The notes under the pieces are model-generated. The model saw only the letters and a program-made list of their open reading frames with translations, was not told the origin of the DNA and ran no database searches. This document shows, one piece after another, positions 57,353 through 64,000 of a stretch of 64,000 nucleotides of DNA. Source of the stretch: Kondoa subrosea (lineage: Eukaryota). Numbering within the stretch: position 1 is the first letter of the stretch; every line of letters starts with the position of its first letter. The DNA lies in NCBI GenBank assembly GCA_039545335.1, contig BCIN01000004.1, forward strand, positions 858,925 through 922,924. Reading direction: 5' to 3'. Position numbers and translations under genes: made by a program.

Positions 57353-58752
57353 ATGGCCGCCGCTTTAGCGACTTTGGTCACTCCTATTACATCAGAAGTC
57401 TCCAGCGATGCATCAGACTTCTTGCCCGGATGTTTATTCTGCGGTAGCTCTGCTGCTGTAGACAAGGCCTACTGCTCTTCGATATGCGAGCTCCAGGTAT
57501 GATAGCTCCTCGATGATATTTCATTACAGCTCATCAACCCTTTGTTCGTGCTCAGGATTTGCAAACTTCAACAAATCAGCTGCCAGTAGTTCCAGCTCTC
57601 GATACGGGCACTAGATCAACTGGTTCAGCAAGTTCCATCTGCTCGACCCCTCCTTCCTCGCCAGACAAATCACCGGCCTTCGCTCTCGGCAACATCGATG
57701 ACCTCGCAGCTGACATCAGCGCTTTCAATCTACCTCCTTCAGTGGTCCAGACTAAAACTATGCCAGTCAAGACTTTGCATTACAATTACACGTATCCTGT
57801 AAGTTTTCGGCAAACCTTGGCAAAAAGCACGGCTTTGAAATCTGATTGGTTGAAGCAGTCAAACTCTCAAGAACTCTCATTGGACTCTATTTCTCCTCCG
57901 TCTCCTTCACTTTTCGGCAATTTACGAGCAAGACCAATGACCAAGAATTCATCAAATCTCGGCCGGACATCATTGACAGGAAGCGAAGCAATTTCGCCCA
58001 CTACTCCAACAACACAAACCGTTCTACGCTTGACAAGAAATCCAGCTCAAGTCATTTCCGCTCCAAGAAGAGAATCGCGTGGTCTACTTTCCCCTCAATT
58101 AAAAGCTATCGATGCAAACAGAAGATCACCTCGAGCCAAACCTCAATCCGGTCTATCTCTATCAGCACCTAAAGCTTGTCTGAAACCCGGCTGCCCTTCT
58201 TTGAATTACACATCTCGTATCAGTTTGCCTAAATTCGAAAACCATCGTCGACCAAGCGAACCACTCACACCTACTCGATCTACTCTTTTAGAAGAAGATG
58301 CGCAGCACGATGCTGATTCAGAAGGCACTTCTTCTACTTCTCTGGTCATTCGTGGTAGAAAACCAAAGAAAGTTTCTCCACCTCAAACTCATCACATTCT
58401 CTCAGCTTCAAACAACGAAGGTAGCCTAGTAGATGGAACCAAAGGGAAAAGAAGTGAAAGCGCTCATGCGATTGGTGAAGGCGTTTGCGAAAGGTTCAAA
58501 CCTGATTTGAGAAGAAAGCATTTGGGTTTGGGCAAATTGACACCTTTGGATTTGGGTGGAAGTGCTATCAAGAATTCGTCGAGTGAAGAAGAAGAGGAAG
58601 ACGATTTGGTTCAAAGTGAATTGAGCAATCGAGGTAGAACAGGGAAAGTTGATAATGCTGTTGGGCTGGAGAGAGGCAGAAGCAAGAAACGGGATGGTAC
58701 TTTGGCTGCGGAACGGCGATCGAGGAGTAGACATCGCGAATTCAGTCGGTAA
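57353..58752 (+). CDS. Ecl1-like protein (N-terminal CxxC..YCSxxC motif, long disordered tail)
   Basis: Exon 1 ..PGCLFCGSSAAVDKAYCSSICELQ|D, spliced (GTATGA..CTCAG) to the Ser/Pro/Arg-rich ORF 57559-58752. Confidence 0.72.
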
Positions 58753-59408
58753 CATTTTTAAAAGGTCAGTGCGCTTTCGATTCTGCTTGAACAAGGGCTC
58801 ATATTATTATAGGATTTAGACTCTTCCTGGATATGGACATATGCTGTGCATGACTTATCTCAAGATCTGTCCAAATTCATGCCTCAACGCAAACCACCAC
58901 TCGTTTCAGTAACACCAGCATTCACTCATCTGAATCAAACCCAAAAATTATGTCTATACCACCCATGGCAAAGTAAAAGAAAACCCAAAACATCACTCTA
59001 AAGAAGTTCAACCAATAAATCAAGTGTATTATAGCATTCAACCGCAACATCAAAAGCATCAAAAAAAAAAACATCAAGTCTTTGTCCAACAAGGGGGAAG
59101 CGCAAAAGAGGCATCCAAAACCACTCACCAAAAGCATGCACCTCAGAATATTATTTTAGTTGTATGTTCTGCGAATTCAACACGACAATTGACACAGATT
59201 TCAACATACTTCCTCTTAAGGTGGAGCAACTACACTCCTCTGTTCTGCTTATGCTAACTCTCCCGAGTCGTTTCTTCGTTCTGCTTGAGCTTTATTTTGG
59301 TTTTGAATTTGCTCTGAGCTCAACGGAACCATTTTTCTTCCATGATATCGGACATTTCGTTGCTGCACTTCCATTCCTGCGAATCTCGTATCACTGTGCT
59401 TGTACCTA

Positions 59409-61371
59409 TGGCACGCAGATATACTCCTTGCTGTCATTCGAAAGACTGGGCTGCTTCCATTCCCTTTGTGCTCACTGACTCTGCTGTGCTCTCTATCTCT
59501 CTGCTCTTGCCTATTTGCTACTCCTCAGCGACGGAACTACTCTTCTACTTCTGGTTGATCATGGGGCATATAGGTCAGCTCTCGTTCGCTACCTAAATTC
59601 GAAGACGTCTGACAGAAGAATGATTCGGATGAACAGTGACGTACACCATAGCTTGGTTATCGGCGGGTCAGTGCTCTTCTGATCAGGCTGGGAGATAGTC
59701 TGATCTGCTGCCAATTCGCCAAGGAACTTGCGCGTAAGTCTAGAACAATGCGTTGTTTATCTGTCATGCCCTTGACCCCTTTTCTGCCTCTCCGTCTACA
59801 TACAGTCTTGGAATAGCTACCGAGATCATACGGATTGACCAAGAGGCTAACATATTACAAGCAAGACAAGATGCCCAGAAGAATGCTGGAGGGATCATTA
59901 GGTATGTCATGGCTTTGCAAGGGTCAGACATCGGTTTTCAATGATCCAAACAGATTCGATTCCGGCTTGAGGGATAATTGGTAGATCTTGAACTGCTCAG
60001 CTGTATTTGATGTCTCACGCTTTGCACAGCCCATACTTTATCCCTTATACAGATGTTCCCAATCGTAAGGAAAGATCGCTTTTGCTGAGATAGAGACGTT
60101 GATCATTCTCCCTAGAACCCGCCAGCTGTTTGTCTTTATCAAGATTTTTCGATTTCATCATTCTGATATCAATGTTGTGCAGACGGAACCGCTCCAGGAT
60201 GGCATGTAGTACGTCTAACATCGTTACCTGTGGCGCGTAATGGCTGACTAGCTATCAGCTCAATGCTATTATCCTTCTCTTCTTGCTCATGAGCGAGATT
60301 CCTGGTACAAGTAGGCTTCCACCTCACAGCTACTGATCAAGCTCATGTCGTATCAGAGTGGTTCGTTAGTCGCTTAGGCTGGATTCCATTATTCGACGGA
60401 GAGAAAGGACCGATATGGACAAGTCGGTTGTATATCAGCTCATCAGAACGTTCTAGCTTACCTTATATGCATAGCTGGACTTTTGGAGATCCTTTTCGGC
60501 TTATCCATGTAAACCCTGTCTCTTTTATGCTAGGCTAAGCTGACTCTTCCTCTAAGACTTGCGTCTGTTATATTCTGTCTTGTACTCCCAAATGCTCAAA
60601 CCGAAGTACAGAGTGCCAGTAGCTATTATGGGCAACTACTCTGAAAGTAGGCTTTACACAATTACATTGATTCGGGCAGCGGCGCTGATTTGGGAACAGT
60701 CATGTTTCGTTATGTCACCGTATGCACTGCTGAGCCAATAATAGGATCTACGCACTAAGACAATTCTTCAGGGTTGGATGCTGATGGGAATAGGTCTGAT
60801 GTAAGTCTCCTTTGCTTGATTACAATTCAGCTTACTTTAGCCTGCAGTAACTTTGTTCATGGTCTTCTCATGGGTGCAGGAATAAGAAAAGATCGAGGAC
60901 AATGGGTAAGGGCATCAACGTCGGAGCTTTCTTGCCACTAATACGTGTGGGCAGGAAGAAAAGGAAGAAAAAGTGAGTCTTCCTGTCATGTCCGTAAAAT
61001 GATTGGAAGCAAACAGTCGGCGTGCAGGACAAACCAGACAAGAACAAAGCAGTGCTAGTCGCATGGTCTGAACTGCACTCGAATCTCAATACCTTGGTCG
61101 GTGAGTGCAAGATCCACGGAAATTTTGTTTTGCAGTACTGATGACCTTCACTCCATACACAGCTCAGAACGCCAATTTGGGTAGGTACTGCTGTTGCTAT
61201 ATATGAGTCACTTGCTTATCTTCGCTGCTCGTTGCGTTTCTAGGTGCATGTAAGTATTATTTCTAACTGAACATACCCTTTCTGCTAATAACCAACGATG
61301 TAGATGTCGCTAGTATCAACAAGATGAACGATGCGTATGCCTTTCATTGGCCTGACCAAGACTTCATCTGA
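59409..61371 (+). CDS. Hypothetical multi-TM protein split into many small exons
   Basis: Exon fragments YFIPYTDVPN|QPA..LNAIILLFLLMSEIP..WIPLFDG..GLLEILFGLS..GWMLMGIGL; boundaries approximate. Confidence 0.55.
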
Positions 61372-61698
61372 GACAAATTTACAGGGTTGGCGAATTGCAG
61401 AAGAAAGATGATGATTGAGGATTTTTATGCATTGTATGTACTGTAGCGTACATTAGCGTTCAGATTTCAAAGTCTTCCCTATCTCCTTCTTCCCCTTCAA
61501 GGAAAGACTTAACTTCACTTAACACTTAATTGCCTTGAGCTGAAAAGAGAGAGAAGGCTCTTTCTCCTCATCACTCGAAGCCGTCTGCATTAGGTAGCTA
61601 CCAGAACGCGCAGCACACACACGACTCTAATTCAGCATTGATTCAGACTTAAATTGCTCGAGAGTTCCCTTTAACCTCAAACTTCCAAAAACTTGAAA

Positions 61699-62258
61699 AT
61701 GTCTGCTGAACTCGCCGCTACCTACGCCGCTCTCATCCTTGTGAGGCTCAACGCACAATACGAAGCATTACTCTTGGGCTCATGATGTATAATCCGCAGG
61801 CCGATGAAGAGATGGAAATTACTGCTGACAAGATCACTTCCCTTGTTCAAGCTGCAAAGGTCGAAATAGAACCCATCTGGGCTTCTCTTCTAGCCAAAGC
61901 TCTTGAAGGCAAAAACATCAAGGACATGCTCACCAACGTCGGTTCAGGCGGAGGCAAGTTCTTCTTTCAGATCTTTTCTTTCCATCCCTAAATGTGGTAT
62001 GCTTACACAGGTGCACCTGCCGCCGCTGCTGCTGGAGGTGCTGCCCCTGCTGCTGGAGGCGCCGCGTAAGTATTGCTTGTCCGCTCATTGACGCAAACAA
62101 GCTCAATGCAAATTTATATATAGTGAGGAGAAGGAAGCCGAAAAGCCAAAGGAAGAAGAGAAGGAAGAGTCAGACGACGACATGGGCTTCGGTCTTTTGT
62201 TAGTTGTCGCATTGAGGCTACTGAGATATGTGCTGAATATTTTTCTCGCAGCGACTAA
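61699..62258 (+). CDS. RPP1: 60S acidic ribosomal protein P1
   Basis: [64 protein letters not shown]. Confidence 0.97.
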
Positions 62259-62640
62259 ACGCTTCATCTCACTTCAAAATGAGCAACTGGGCTTCAAGGG
62301 ACGCTCGGCAAAGGCAGATCATTGCAATGCTAGGCCAACTCGAATGCCCTCTTCTTAGATTCGACCAATTTCCCCGCTCTTTGCTTCCTGTTTCGGTGCC
62401 AGATATCGTCTGGTTTTGCTCTGTATGAAGATATAACATCTTACTTCATGCCTCCTACTTTCTGGTCTTGTTGCCGCTCGTGTGTCACTACATGTGACTT
62501 GTCTGTATTACGCAGCAAAACAGCGCTAGAAGCTTCTTGCTGACTCGTGCTTCCACTGTCTTTTTGTGTTCCACTGTCCTGTTGTGTTCCTCTCTCTCTC
62601 GCTCTCTTTCCTACACCTATCTCACATTATTAATCCAACT

Positions 62641-63745
62641 ATGGACTACGAATCAATATGGAAGAATATGCCTCAGACTCACGCTGATTTGTCAACGAAG
62701 GAATTGGGTCATCTGTTCTTAAATCCTGCTGCAAAACGTATTGTCGATCTCTCTGGTGTCACCAACGTTCCCACGGATCAGGACATAGCTGTCTTTGACT
62801 GCGCGTATGTCCTCATGTTATCGAAATCAAAGGAAAGAAGGGAAATATTGCTGATTCTGAATGCAACAGAGCTGGATGTGGTGTTGTTGGTGCTCTAATC
62901 TATGCTTTGAAGCCAGAGTACAAGAACAGAAAGAACATGACGCTGTTATGTACGACCAACAAACAGTACTTCTCTCGCTTTGAAAGTGGTTGACTGTTTT
63001 CTTTCCAATCTTAGTTGGCGATATCAATGAAGCTGGTCTGGAAGTTTGCAGAGAACGTGCTGCTAAGGATGGATGGAACAATTGCAAAATTGAGATGATT
63101 GATGCCATGGTCAGACTTTCTTCACTTTGTTCACTGTTGATCTTTGAACTTATGCTGTTTTCCCACATTTAAAGGACACCAAGCTAGCCGATAATTCGTT
63201 TACTCACATCATCGTGAACTATGGTATTCAACTATTCAAAGATGGTCAAGTCGCCCTCAAGGAACTCTTCCGTATTTTGAAACCTGGTGGAATCTTGACA
63301 TTCTCCGCTCACAAAGATGTTGATTGGTTAGAACAAGCAAAAACCGCTTGTACTAATCTGGGCTTACCTCCTCCAATGTAAGTCAGCGGCCATTATTTGA
63401 AACAACTCTACTGAACCTGCAAGAAGGAGTGTCGATATTGGACCCTTATCCAAATGGAACAGCGATGCTTCTTTCCCTATTTTACAAGAGATCGGTTTCA
63501 TTGATGTCAAATCGGACTTCTTGGAGAATTTGATCGATATGCAAGAAAGGGTCGATAGTCAATTCATTGAGATGTTGCATATGGCTTGGCCTATGATATC
63601 TGCAATGTGGGATGAGGCTAATAAAGGAAGGATGGAAGAGTTTCGCGTTGAAGTCGATCGATTGCTCAAGGAAGAACGCAAGGAGAAAGGGAAAGTCATT
63701 ATCAGAATGGCAGGACCTATGTTTTACGCTAAGAAGCCAGAGTAG
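62641..63745 (+). CDS. Class I SAM-dependent methyltransferase
   Basis: VFDCA|AGCGVVG (motif I), GDINEAGLE, IDAM|DTKLADNSFTHII, ELFRILKPGG. Confidence 0.9.
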
Positions 63746-64000
63746 TTATGTTATAAGATAGCATCGTATCGTTTAGTTAGGCTTCAATTGAATGCTTCGC
63801 TTGCAAAATCTTGCCTAATTTTCCATCGATAGATTTTCCTGAAGCTAGGACTATCTAGTTCCCTAATTCGAAGCAAATTGTTAGGCGTCAATGGATGAAG
63901 TCATTAATGTTGATGTTTCTACATCTTCTTGCTCCGAGTCGTTGATGTCCTATCCGAATCACTTTGAGCTCCGTGTCTTCTGAATCTATTTCCTTTCTAT

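Noticed and set aside
59953..59975. T-loop-like TTCGATTCC
   Set aside because: No cloverleaf; it lies in a predicted exon

Overview
Gene-dense, intron-rich fungal nuclear DNA. Introns are mostly 45-65 nt with GT/GC..CTRAY..AG signals, and the gene content suggests a basidiomycete, possibly Pucciniomycotina (inference). I assembled about 30 spliced protein-coding genes by hand, because the ORF track shows only exon fragments. Recognisable genes: RBX1, IMP2, DTD1, a NUDIX hydrolase, a TKL kinase, a Tpp1-like DNA 3'-phosphatase, MTD1, FRQ1, a Kin4-like kinase, DBP6, an MFS transporter, a Zn2Cys6 factor, CCC2, UBP15/USP7, an Ecl1-like protein, RPP1 and a methyltransferase. I found no rRNA, tRNA, CRISPR or recognisable transposon. 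The best leads are: (i) a single spliced gene encoding two tandem PAT-like GNAT domains directly upstream of DTD1, with a shared ~73-bp duplicated element upstream of each gene; (ii) two unlinked paralogous secreted Cys-rich repeat proteins sharing an RLSARxGGxSPV pro-motif; (iii) a probably non-catalytic GH16-like surface protein. All exon boundaries are manual predictions. No homology searches were run.
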